From Patescibacteria group bacterium (GTDB taxonomy: Bacteria; Patescibacteriota; JAQUNI01): a stretch of 64,000 bases of DNA. Below the pieces are notes generated by a model, which was not told where the DNA came from, made no database searches, and saw only the letters and a program-made list of their open reading frames with translations. This document shows, piece by piece, positions 39,762 through 48,648 of the stretch. The translations under genes and the position numbers were made by a program. Numbering within the stretch: position 1 is the stretch's first letter; each line of letters opens with the position of its first letter. Location: assembly GCA_028717685.1 (NCBI GenBank), contig JAQUNI010000001.1, positions 207,451-271,450 of the forward strand, given 5' to 3'.

Positions 39762-39846
39762 TCAGTAATTAGTAAATAGTAATTGGCAAATCTGCATTAA
39801 AATAATTACCAGTTACCAATTACCAATCACTAATTACCAATTTACT
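39744..39846. repeat. GTAATCA/TTACCAA heptamer element; supplies the dnaE stop codon; arm also at 23226-23259
   Basis: gtaatca-gtaatcg-gtaatca-gtaatta facing attacca-gttacca-attacca. Confidence 0.7.
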
Positions 39847-39890
39847 ATTATTCTTGCTAAAAACATTATTTTTCTCTATAATAAGAGACA

Positions 39891-40304
39891 ATGCATATGC
39901 GCGACAACCGTTCTCTTTTAAAAATCACGCGGATCTTATGGCAAAAATATTTTTCCGATATTCCGATTAAAAACAACATTCTAATATTTTTTTCACGCCA
40001 TAATAAACGTGTTTTAGGTTCGATTAAATACGACCGCCAAAAGAGAACCACCTCTATCCGCCTCAATGGTTATTTTCAGGACGAAACAATTCCCCTTTAT
40101 GTTGTGATAGCAACCCTCGCCCACGAAATAGCTCATTATGCTCACGGCTTCTCTTCTCCGAGAAGACGGCTCTATCGCTATCCGCACGAAGGAGGAATTG
40201 TAAGGCGCGAGCTTCTCCAAAGGAATTTAGGTATTTTGGAAAAGGCATCTAGGAGATGGCTCAAAAAAAATTGGCTAAATTACCTAAAATCTTGCAACTT
40301 ATAA
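39891..40304 (+). CDS. SprT-like zinc metalloprotease domain protein
   Basis: LAHEIAHYAH HExxH and downstream PH. Confidence 0.65.
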   Translation: MHMRDNRSLLKITRILWQKYFSDIPIKNNILIFFSRHNKRVLGSIKYDRQKRTTSIRLNGYFQDETIPLYVVIATLAHEIAHYAHGFSSPRRRLYRYPHEGGIVRRELLQRNLGILEKASRRWLKKNWLNYLKSCNL

Positions 40305-40415
40305 CGTGTAACTCAAGCATTTTCTTGTGTTATAAGTTACAAGTTATATGTTACAAGAATTTAACGGACTTGGAATTGTTAATTGTACGCTTCATACTTT
40401 AAGTTTTATGCAACT

Positions 40416-41543
40416 ATGTATTTAGGTCGCATTGAATCTGGAAAATCATACAAGAAATTTTATCTTTTTTTCATTCTCTTGAGTATAGGATTAATAGGAG
40501 CAATTGTTTATATTACCTTTTCCCGAGCCACAATCATAATTACGCCGAAAAAGGTAACCTTTGAGACTAATTTTGAGGCTGAAGTTTTGGAAAATCCCAA
40601 TACAGAGAATGCTATACCCGGCAAAGTCCTTTCCCTAGAGCTGGAAGAATCAAGGCTGGTCACCACTAATGATAAAAAGGGGGTGGATGGACGCAGCCAT
40701 GGTCTCGTTACCATCTTTAATAAACGCGATAAGGATCAGCCTCTTCTCCCTAAAACACGCCTCCTTTCCGATTCTGGAATCCTTTTCCGCACAGACAAAA
40801 GAGCAGTCGTGCCTAGCGGAGGTCAAATAAATATTGAAGTCACGGCGGACAAAGAAGGAAAGGAAGGCAATATTGGACCAGAGCGTTTTACCCTCGTCAA
40901 CATTTGGAAAGGCTGGCGGGATAAACTCTATGCTGAATCTTATACTCCAATGACTGGGGGCTACACTGAAGTGCCATATATTTATGGTTCCACGATTGAT
41001 AAGGCTTTAGATATGCTAACTGAAGATCTTTACGCTAAAAATCTCACCGCTCTCCACCAAAGAGTCTCTTCTAGCGAAACCATTCTGGAAGGGGCGGTGA
41101 AGAATGAAATGTTGGAATTCTCTTCTTCGGTTGAGCCGGAGACACAAGCGGATAAGTTTATTATTAAAGCCAAAGTGAGAACTGTAGCGCTTGTTTGCAA
41201 TGAAGAAAAATTAAAAGATCTAGCCCAAAAACATCTGAAGAACGATGCTCCCCGCGACAAAGAATTCCTGGGTATTCAGTGGGATAGCTTTAATTACAAG
41301 CTTAAATCCTATGATTTAGAAAAAAAGACTGCCCTCGTTACCACCCACCTTGAGGGCGAATCCCGCGCGAAAATATCGGCAGATCTTCTTGAAAAACAGG
41401 AACTCGTTAGTCTGGACCGTTATGAAGTGAAAAAATATTTTGAACGTTTTGACGATGTGGGAGAGGCCGAAGTCTATTTCAAACCATTCTGGGTGCATAA
41501 AGTGCCTTCAATGTTGGATCATTTTGAGATCCAAGTTAAATGA
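40416..41543 (+). CDS. Membrane-anchored protein with baseplate-J-like region
   Basis: TM then ATIIITP; LLPKTRL..GILFRT; VTADKEG..GNIGP; MTGG. Confidence 0.55.
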   Translation: MYLGRIESGKSYKKFYLFFILLSIGLIGAIVYITFSRATIIITPKKVTFETNFEAEVLENPNTENAIPGKVLSLELEESRLVTTNDKKGVDGRSHGLVTIFNKRDKDQPLLPKTRLLSDSGILFRTDKRAVVPSGGQINIEVTADKEGKEGNIGPERFTLVNIWKGWRDKLYAESYTPMTGGYTEVPYIYGSTIDKALDMLTEDLYAKNLTALHQRVSSSETILEGAVKNEMLEFSSSVEPETQADKFIIKAKVRTVALVCNEEKLKDLAQKHLKNDAPRDKEFLGIQWDSFNYKLKSYDLEKKTALVTTHLEGESRAKISADLLEKQELVSLDRYEVKKYFERFDDVGEAEVYFKPFWVHKVPSMLDHFEIQVK

Positions 41544-41753
41544 TAATTTTTAATTTTCAATTTCTAATTTTCATTAAATTTCCATTTACTTAATTTTTAA
41601 ACAAATAAAAATCAAATTCTCTTAACCCGCTTACCATAGAATCCGAAAGTTTAAAAATTATTTCATTAAAAATTTAATAAAAATTGCCACACCTAACGGG
41701 TGGTCACCCATTAGGGTGAAAAATTATAAATTAGAAATTTTATTTACATAAAT

Positions 41754-43526
41754 ATGCCTTTAAAAAACACAAACCGGCGTGAAGAACAAGAAAAAATTTT
41801 TAAGCTCTCTACCCTCCGCCATTCCGCGAGCCACATTCTCGCTGCCGCAGTTTTAGAATTATTTCCCGAGGCTCGTCTTGGAATGGGACCCGCGATAAGT
41901 GACGGGTTTTATTATGATTTTGAATTATCTCACTCCCTCACCCCGCACGATCTGCCAAAAATAGAAGAAAGAATGAGAACATTGATCCGCGCCAACAAAA
42001 AATTTGAGAGAAAAGAGATGCAAATTGATGCAGCGCTTAAAATGTTTCAAAAACTAAACCAAAGCTATAAAGCGGAACTCATTCAGGACTTGAAAAATAA
42101 GGGCGAAAAAACAGTCTTTCTCTATAAAACCGGTGATTTTACCGATTTATGCCGCGGACCGCATTTAAAATCCACCAATAAGCTGAAACCCAAGGCTTTC
42201 AAACTCACCAAGATTGCGGGCGCCTATTGGAAAGGGAATGAAAAAAATCCTATGCTGCAAAGAATCTACGGCACAGCCTTTAACAAACCGGAAAATCTTA
42301 AAAAGCATCTTGCAAATCTTGAAGAAGCGCGCAGACGAGACCATCGCAAACTCGGACAGGAATTAAATTTATTCAGCTTCCACCCCGAAGCTCCAGGCAT
42401 GGTTTTCTGGCACGCGGCTGGATGGACTATCTTTCAAGAGATTTTAAAATATTGGCGCGAAGAGCATAGAAAAGCTGGCTACCAAGAAGTGAGCACGCCT
42501 CTTATCCTCTCCAAGCGGCTTTGGCTTACTTCCGGTCACTTCGATCACTATAGGGAAAATATGTATTTTACTAAAATAGACAAAAAAGAATCCGCCGTCA
42601 AACCAATGAATTGTCCGGGAGGACTTTTAATCTATAACGAAACAATGCATTCTTACCGCGATTTCCCTTTAAAAATCGCGGAGGTTGGAGTGGTGCATCG
42701 CTATGAAAAAGGAGGAGTGCTCGCTGGCCTATTTCGGGTGCGTCAATTTACTCAAGATGATGCCCATATCTTTTGCACGGAAAAACAGGCGAAGGAAGCG
42801 GTAGGCGGCGTGATTGATCTCATTACTCATATCTATCGTGTTTTCGGCTTTAAGGATTATCATATTGAACTCTCTACCCGTCCTAAAAATTCTATTGGCA
42901 CTGAAGAGATGTGGCGCAAGGCGGAAGAAACCTTAAGTGAAATTCTGGAAGAGAAAAAGATTGATTATAAAGTGAATCCGGGCGATGGAGCTTTTTACGG
43001 ACCTAAAATTGACTTTCATATCAAAGATGCCTTGGGACGCACATGGCAATGCGGTACGATTCAAGTAGATTTTGCGATGCCTGAAGCTTTTCATTTATTT
43101 TACGTGGCACGCGATGGAGAGAAAAAAACTCCGGTAATGATTCATCGCACTCTCTTGGGCTCTATTGAGCGTTTCATCGGTATTTTGCTGGAACATTATG
43201 GAGGAATGCTGCCTCTATGGCTTGCTCCCACGCAAGTGGCGATCCTTCCCGTTTCCGAAGAAAAACATCGCGGCTACGCCAAAAATATTGCCCACTCCTT
43301 GCTTGATTACCATATTCGCGCCGTGATCAATAAAAACAAAGATTCTGTCAACCGCAAGGTCCACGACGCCGAGAAGCAAAGGATCCCTTATATTTTAGTT
43401 GTGGGCGATGCTGAAGAGAAAGACAAAATGGTCGCTGTGCGCACCCGCGGCTCGCAAAAGATTGAAAAGATGAAATTAGATGTATTTATCAAAACCATTT
43501 TGGAAAAAATTAAAATTAAACAATGA
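41754..43526 (+). CDS. thrS: Threonine--tRNA ligase
   Basis: RHSASHILA, DLCRGPH, KPMNCP, AFYGPKIDF. Confidence 0.97.
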   Translation: MPLKNTNRREEQEKIFKLSTLRHSASHILAAAVLELFPEARLGMGPAISDGFYYDFELSHSLTPHDLPKIEERMRTLIRANKKFERKEMQIDAALKMFQKLNQSYKAELIQDLKNKGEKTVFLYKTGDFTDLCRGPHLKSTNKLKPKAFKLTKIAGAYWKGNEKNPMLQRIYGTAFNKPENLKKHLANLEEARRRDHRKLGQELNLFSFHPEAPGMVFWHAAGWTIFQEILKYWREEHRKAGYQEVSTPLILSKRLWLTSGHFDHYRENMYFTKIDKKESAVKPMNCPGGLLIYNETMHSYRDFPLKIAEVGVVHRYEKGGVLAGLFRVRQFTQDDAHIFCTEKQAKEAVGGVIDLITHIYRVFGFKDYHIELSTRPKNSIGTEEMWRKAEETLSEILEEKKIDYKVNPGDGAFYGPKIDFHIKDALGRTWQCGTIQVDFAMPEAFHLFYVARDGEKKTPVMIHRTLLGSIERFIGILLEHYGGMLPLWLAPTQVAILPVSEEKHRGYAKNIAHSLLDYHIRAVINKNKDSVNRKVHDAEKQRIPYILVVGDAEEKDKMVAVRTRGSQKIEKMKLDVFIKTILEKIKIKQ

Positions 43527-43675
43527 CACCTTCAACAACTAAAGAAATGATACAAATTACAATTCAAAAGATTGAAGAATTTATCAAGATACAAGAAGAA
43601 ATAATTGAGTTCAGGCGCAAGGAAAGAAAATATTCGGAGAGTAAGCACAAGTGGTTAAAAATGGACAAAATCTGA
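43523..43675 (+). CDS. Possible 50-aa ORF translationally coupled to thrS
   Basis: ATGA overlap with thrS stop; MTPSTTKEMIQITIQKIEEFIKIQEEII... Confidence 0.35.
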   Translation: MTPSTTKEMIQITIQKIEEFIKIQEEIIEFRRKERKYSESKHKWLKMDKI

Positions 43676-43732
43676 CAAATCAAGCACAATAAAATCGAGC
43701 TTCCCTAAAAACTCGATTTTATTATTACCAAA

Positions 43733-45115
43733 ATGCAAACCTATTTTTTAAAAACTTTCGGCTGCCAAATGAACCAGTCGGACGCGGAGCGGATTGCCGC
43801 GGTTTTAGAAAAAGCAGGGCTCACTTTATCTTCTGAAAAAGAAGCAGATATTTTAATCGCCAATGTTTGCGCGGTGCGGCAGCGAGCAATGGATCGGGTT
43901 TACGCCCTGGTGAATAAATGGCAAAAACGGAAAGATGCAAAAATTATCCTCACAGGCTGCATCTTAGAAAAAGATAAAAAATTGTTCTGCGATAAGGCGC
44001 ATGGTATTGTTCCCATAGGCGCGATTGCGAAACTGCCACAAATCATTAAAGATGGAGACGCGAAACATTGCATCTCTATAAAATCATATTTGGGAATAAA
44101 ACCAAAACATCATAATTCCTTTTCGGCTTATGTGCCGATTATGACCGGCTGCAATAATTTCTGCGCTTACTGCGTTGTCCCCTACACGCGAGGCAGAGAA
44201 ATTTCAAGACCGGCGGATGAAATTATAAAGGAGGTGCGAAGTCTTATAAAGATTGGATATAAAGAAATTATCCTGCTTGGACAGAATGTGAATTCATACC
44301 AGAGTAAACTCAAATGTCAAAACTCAAATGCCAAAACTACAACTCAAAACTCAAAACTAATAAATTTCCCAAAGTTATTGCAAATGATAGATAGCATAAC
44401 GGGTAATTTTTGGATTGGATTTATTACCTCGCATCCTAAAGATATGTCAGATAAGTTAATTAACACAATTGCGCGATGTAAAAAGGTTTGCAAATATATC
44501 CATTTACCAATCCAATCAGGAGATGATGGGATTTTGAAAAGGATGAACCGAAAATATACGGTTGCGCATTATTTGGGTTTAATAAAGAAAATCCGCTCCA
44601 GAATCCCGAAGGTGGCGATTTCCACGGATGTCATTGTCGGCTTTCCTGGCGAAACCAAAAAGCAATTTGAAAATACGGTCAAAGTTTTTAAAAAAGTAAA
44701 ATTTGATATGGCTTATATTGCCCAATATTCCCCGCGTCCTGGCACAGCCGCGGCGAAATTCAAAGATGACGTCAAAAGCCAAGAAAAAAAACGGAGATTT
44801 CAAATCTTAAATCAATTGCTCAAAAAGATTGCGCTGGAAAATAATCAAAAATTAGTGGGGAAAGAAATGGAAATTTTAGTGGAGCAATATGAGAAAGGAT
44901 ATTGCGTAGGAAAAACGCGCGCTTTTAAAAATGTGAAATTTAGAAATAATGGGAAGAAAAATTTGGAAGGTGAATTTGTGAAGATAAAAATCGCAAAAGC
45001 AACGGCGTGGGGATTAGAAGGGAATATTTCTCCCCTGACAAGGGGAGATAAGAGAGGGGTTAATAAAAAACCGCAAAATCTTTTTTTCAAGACTTTGCGG
45101 CAAAGAACGCAATGA
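43733..45115 (+). CDS. miaB: tRNA methylthiotransferase MiaB
   Basis: TFGCQMNQSD, CNNFCAYC radical-SAM motif, YSPRPGT, TRAM domain. Confidence 0.93.
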   Translation: MQTYFLKTFGCQMNQSDAERIAAVLEKAGLTLSSEKEADILIANVCAVRQRAMDRVYALVNKWQKRKDAKIILTGCILEKDKKLFCDKAHGIVPIGAIAKLPQIIKDGDAKHCISIKSYLGIKPKHHNSFSAYVPIMTGCNNFCAYCVVPYTRGREISRPADEIIKEVRSLIKIGYKEIILLGQNVNSYQSKLKCQNSNAKTTTQNSKLINFPKLLQMIDSITGNFWIGFITSHPKDMSDKLINTIARCKKVCKYIHLPIQSGDDGILKRMNRKYTVAHYLGLIKKIRSRIPKVAISTDVIVGFPGETKKQFENTVKVFKKVKFDMAYIAQYSPRPGTAAAKFKDDVKSQEKKRRFQILNQLLKKIALENNQKLVGKEMEILVEQYEKGYCVGKTRAFKNVKFRNNGKKNLEGEFVKIKIAKATAWGLEGNISPLTRGDKRGVNKKPQNLFFKTLRQRTQ

Positions 45116-45455
45116 GCTTTCTGCGAACAGTGAAAACTATATACGGTAGAAGGGTTGAAAACCTATGCCAAGAGAATTGAATTCTATATGGCATAAGAAT
45201 TAAAAACTCATATGCTCTATTGAGTAATATTACCTGACCAGAAGAATGGATAATCTTTTTCTCCCCCGAAGAGAGAATAGTCATTTTTAAAGATCCTTCA
45301 TGTTCACTGTGAACAAACAGAACAACACCAATTTGTCCGGTTTCAATAATACGAACTAATCTTCCGGGCTTGATCTCGTGCTGATTTTTATCCAGAGCAA
45401 CCCCATACAAATCATTATAATCTTTTTGACTCCCGGCATTAAACACTCTTCTCAT
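45087..45455 (-). CDS. Hypothetical protein (inserted block)
   Basis: SD AAGGAG; co-oriented with three upstream ORFs. Confidence 0.55.
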   Translation of the reverse strand: MRRVFNAGSQKDYNDLYGVALDKNQHEIKPGRLVRIIETGQIGVVLFVHSEHEGSLKMTILSSGEKKIIHSSGQVILLNRAYEFLILMPYRIQFSWHRFSTLLPYIVFTVRRKLIAFFAAKS

Positions 45456-45473
45456 ACCTCAAGCTCCTTTCTA

Positions 45474-46022
45474 TTAAATCCAGCCTTTATACCAATAATA
45501 GCCAACGGTTGGGATTTCACGCAACCACCAGTAATAGTTGTTGCGTGTCCACCATTGGGCAGAAAAGGGATTGAAAGGGATAGTCTTTAAACTACCGAAG
45601 ACCGCAGTTTCTATCCCGAGTTTTTCTAAACACTTTGCGCAACGCCAGACGTGGTCAGGGTGAGCAACTACAATTGCCTTAGTCCAATCTTGCTTTTTCA
45701 TAAATTCTGCGGCCTGCCGAGCAAATTCATAAGTGTCTAGGTATTTTCCCGGGACACTGTGTTCTTTGATATTTAAAACTATATTACCAGACATACTATA
45801 GAAATCCAGACACTCGACAATTTCAACTTGGCAAATTATCGGTATTTGCGTATATCCGCCCATGCCATAAGCAATGCAATAAATTTTTTCAGCGATTTTT
45901 TGATTACTAATTCCTGGACCAGGTTTAATGTATTCCTCTTGCGGATCATTATATCCAAAAGCAAAAGCGATAATACAATGATATTTGATAGCTCCGCCAT
46001 TTATCTTAAACAATCCACTCAC
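45474..46022 (-). CDS. YdcF/DUF218-like protein (inserted block)
   Basis: PGISN, YLDT, AIVVAHPDHVWR, WTRN..W.LRE. Confidence 0.55.
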   Translation of the reverse strand: MSGLFKINGGAIKYHCIIAFAFGYNDPQEEYIKPGPGISNQKIAEKIYCIAYGMGGYTQIPIICQVEIVECLDFYSMSGNIVLNIKEHSVPGKYLDTYEFARQAAEFMKKQDWTKAIVVAHPDHVWRCAKCLEKLGIETAVFGSLKTIPFNPFSAQWWTRNNYYWWLREIPTVGYYWYKGWI

Positions 46023-46025
46023 CTC

Positions 46026-46349
46026 CTAATCTTTTCTCCCATTCTCTCTTTCTGGCGCGAGTGTAACCTCTATTTCGAGGTTAATTTTGGAACCCACAAC
46101 GTGATAGCCTGGATGATTTTTGAGAAGTTCCCCTATTTTGTTAGACACTTCCTGATCAACATCAAACATATTTTTACCATCCTTAATAGTAGTTTTCCAG
46201 GTGTTCGGTGGAATTTGACCACTCCTTACTGGCGCGACATCCATTGCCTCCCAATAAGTAGAACTCATCTCTTTTTCTCTCTCCTTGCACCCAAAAAGTA
46301 AAAGGCAAAGAAATAACCCGCAAAGCGCCAATACTGTTAACTTTTTCAT
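46026..46349 (-). CDS. Putative lipoprotein (inserted block)
   Basis: MKKLTVLALCGLFLCLLLFG|C lipobox; SD AAGGAG. Confidence 0.6.
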   Translation of the reverse strand: MKKLTVLALCGLFLCLLLFGCKEREKEMSSTYWEAMDVAPVRSGQIPPNTWKTTIKDGKNMFDVDQEVSNKIGELLKNHPGYHVVGSKINLEIEVTLAPERENGRKD

Positions 46350-46396
46350 CTCATTTCTCCTTATAATGCGTAGCTTTAAGATCTTCAAATATATTT

Positions 46397-46933
46397 CTAA
46401 TCAATAACGCCGCCCGCGCAGATCCGATGGAATAATGCTTCTTTTTCTTCTTCATCTTTATGGATAAAAAATATCCATTCGTGATAAAGAAAACTCTCAA
46501 AAGACGCGTTATTCGGGTTTGAAAAACGAATAACAAAGACAAGATCATCCGAAACAAAACTTTGCAATTCTGCGGCGCCATTCCAAAGATCAGATATGAA
46601 CCTAGCGCGCCCTTTTCTGACCGAATCTAGAATCATTTCTTTGGTGTAATCACTAGTCGGCGAGGTAATGCCGTAATAACTGCGTCCCCAAACCGGAACA
46701 TCATAGTCTTGAAATATCATTTCTTGACCAGAAAATTTTTCTCTGCCAAAATACCTATCAATATAACGTAACTTCGGCTTCGGAGTATTTATGTTTAATC
46801 TGGAATATTCATAAACTATTTCTCGAGGCAAGCTAATAGAAAATTCAACCTTAAAAATATCACCTTCCTCACCCGCCAAATAGGTTTTACTTTCAGCTTC
46901 TATTAAAAACTGTGTAATCTGTTCAATATTCAT
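46397..46933 (-). CDS. DUF5680-like protein (inserted block)
   Basis: FLIEA..TY, YIDRYFG..FSGQE....PVWGRSYYG; SD AAGGAGG. Confidence 0.6.
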   Translation of the reverse strand: MNIEQITQFLIEAESKTYLAGEEGDIFKVEFSISLPREIVYEYSRLNINTPKPKLRYIDRYFGREKFSGQEMIFQDYDVPVWGRSYYGITSPTSDYTKEMILDSVRKGRARFISDLWNGAAELQSFVSDDLVFVIRFSNPNNASFESFLYHEWIFFIHKDEEEKEALFHRICAGGVID

Positions 46934-46955
46934 TTTTTTCCTCCTTATACCTATC

Positions 46956-48056
46956 AAAAAGCAAAAACTGATTATCATTCTCGGCGCAACTGCCTCGGGT
47001 AAAACTGAGATGTCTTTAGAATTGGCTAAAAAAATTCCAAACAGCTACATCATTTCCGCGGATTCGCGCCAAATCTATAAAGGCTTAGATATCGGCACGG
47101 GAAAATTGACCGGCGGAAGACACAAAATTTTAAAAGGACAAAATATTCTTCACTTCCACAATATCCCGCATTATATGATTGATATTATGGAGCCGAACCG
47201 AGAATACACAGTAGCACAATATCAGAAGAGTGTCAAAAAGGTTATCCGCGAAAACAAAGGCAGAATCCCATTTTTGGTCGGCGGCACAGGGCTTTATATT
47301 AACGCGATTGTGGACGGCTTGTCTATCCCCCCTTCGGCACCAGATTACAAACTGCGCGGAAAACTTGAGAAAGAAACGGACGGAAATTTATTTCAGAAAT
47401 TAAAAAAATTAGATCCAATTTGCGCCCAAAAAATTGATTCAAAAAATAAACGGCGCTTAATCCGCGCGCTGGAAGTGTGTTTAAAGACAGGGAAGCCATT
47501 TTCTAGTTTACAGAAAAAGAAAAAACCCAATTACGATGTTCTGCAAATTGGGATTTCTGTGCCGCGAGAAGAATTATATGAGCGCATTGATAAGCGCGTA
47601 GACAGAATGATAAAACAAGGACTAATTGAAGAAGCAAAAAAAATCTTAAAAAAATATGAGCTTTTGAATTCACTCCCCCTGCCCGAGAAGAGGAGACGTG
47701 AGGGGGTGGGAGTTTATGTAAGTTTAGACCTCTCCAACCTCCCCCCGCACTCGCGGCAAGCAGGCTTAGTAAGGAAAATTTGGAGTGGTACTGAAAAAGA
47801 TTTAAAAAGTCGCAATCTCCCTCCCCCCCTACCCCCCCTCGGGCAGGGGGGGATAATCCACGATTCCATCGGCTACAAAGAAATAATATCGTATCTGGAT
47901 GGTGAAATCAGTTTAGATGAAATGATAGTCTTGATCAAAAAAAACACGCGACATTACGCCCGCCGCCAAATGACTTGGTTTAAGAGGGATAAAAGGATTC
48001 AGTGGATCAAAAATAAAAAAGAGGCGGAAAGATTGGTTAAAAAATTTTTGAGATAA
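46956..48056 (+). CDS. miaA: tRNA dimethylallyltransferase (start unresolved; internal insertion)
   Basis: In-frame KKQKLIIILGATASGKT upstream of ATG 47010; ISADSRQIYKGLDIGTGK, VGGTGLY, IGYKE, YARRQMTWF. Confidence 0.9.
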   Translation, partial: KKQKLIIILGATASGKTEMSLELAKKIPNSYIISADSRQIYKGLDIGTGKLTGGRHKILKGQNILHFHNIPHYMIDIMEPNREYTVAQYQKSVKKVIRENKGRIPFLVGGTGLYINAIVDGLSIPPSAPDYKLRGKLEKETDGNLFQKLKKLDPICAQKIDSKNKRRLIRALEVCLKTGKPFSSLQKKKKPNYDVLQIGISVPREELYERIDKRVDRMIKQGLIEEAKKILKKYELLNSLPLPEKRRREGVGVYVSLDLSNLPPHSRQAGLVRKIWSGTEKDLKSRNLPPPLPPLGQGGIIHDSIGYKEIISYLDGEISLDEMIVLIKKNTRHYARRQMTWFKRDKRIQWIKNKKEAERLVKKFLR

Positions 48057-48090
48057 AAAGAGGGGTATATTCATATATACCCCATAAAAA

Positions 48091-48363
48091 TCATTTAAAA
48101 GCCTCTTCTATTATTTGGATAGTGGATTCCGCATCATGCAGTTCCCTATCCTCCAATTTTTCCCTGGACCATTTTGCCACGTCATTCAGCAAAAATCTTT
48201 TAGTTATGGCGGAACCTTTCCTAGCCTTTGCCACCAAATGCAAAAGGTTTAATTCGTTATCAGCCTCAATGGATCCGGCATGGGCCTCCTTTATGAGTTT
48301 GCGGATCTCATCTCTGCTCCTTTTTCCATTATTTTTAGGACTGATTTCTTCACTATCAGCCAT
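48091..48363 (-). CDS. Hypothetical protein (stand-alone unit)
   Basis: MADSEE...; TTGACA/TAAAAT promoter near 48546-48574; hairpin at 48056-48090. Confidence 0.5.
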   Translation of the reverse strand: MADSEEISPKNNGKRSRDEIRKLIKEAHAGSIEADNELNLLHLVAKARKGSAITKRFLLNDVAKWSREKLEDRELHDAESTIQIIEEAFK

Positions 48364-48648
48364 CAAAAATCCTTTCTGCCCGCCTCCTTGGCAAGATCGG
48401 TGTAAAAGAGCCATATAAAAAAACGACCCACTTTACGAGTGGGCTTTCGAACGAGAAAAATAATAAATTCTTTTGAAAATTGGGGAAAATTTTTGTAATT
48501 TCCTTTGCCACATAAAAGAATTTATTATCTCTACACACTGTTCTTATTTTAACCTTTTCTATAAAACTGTCAAGCGCCGCCATTCTGGCTTAGATAAAAG
48601 AAAAATAAAAAAACTGGGGATAACCTTAATAAAGTTGTCCACAGTTTT

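Noticed and set aside
41543-41753. T-box leader for thrS (also checked pheS)
   Set aside because: No T-box consensus; the region is a heptamer element, and pheS is overlapped by the upstream gene
45087-46933. Integron cassette array or prophage
   Set aside because: Spacers are too short for attC sites; no integrase or phage genes
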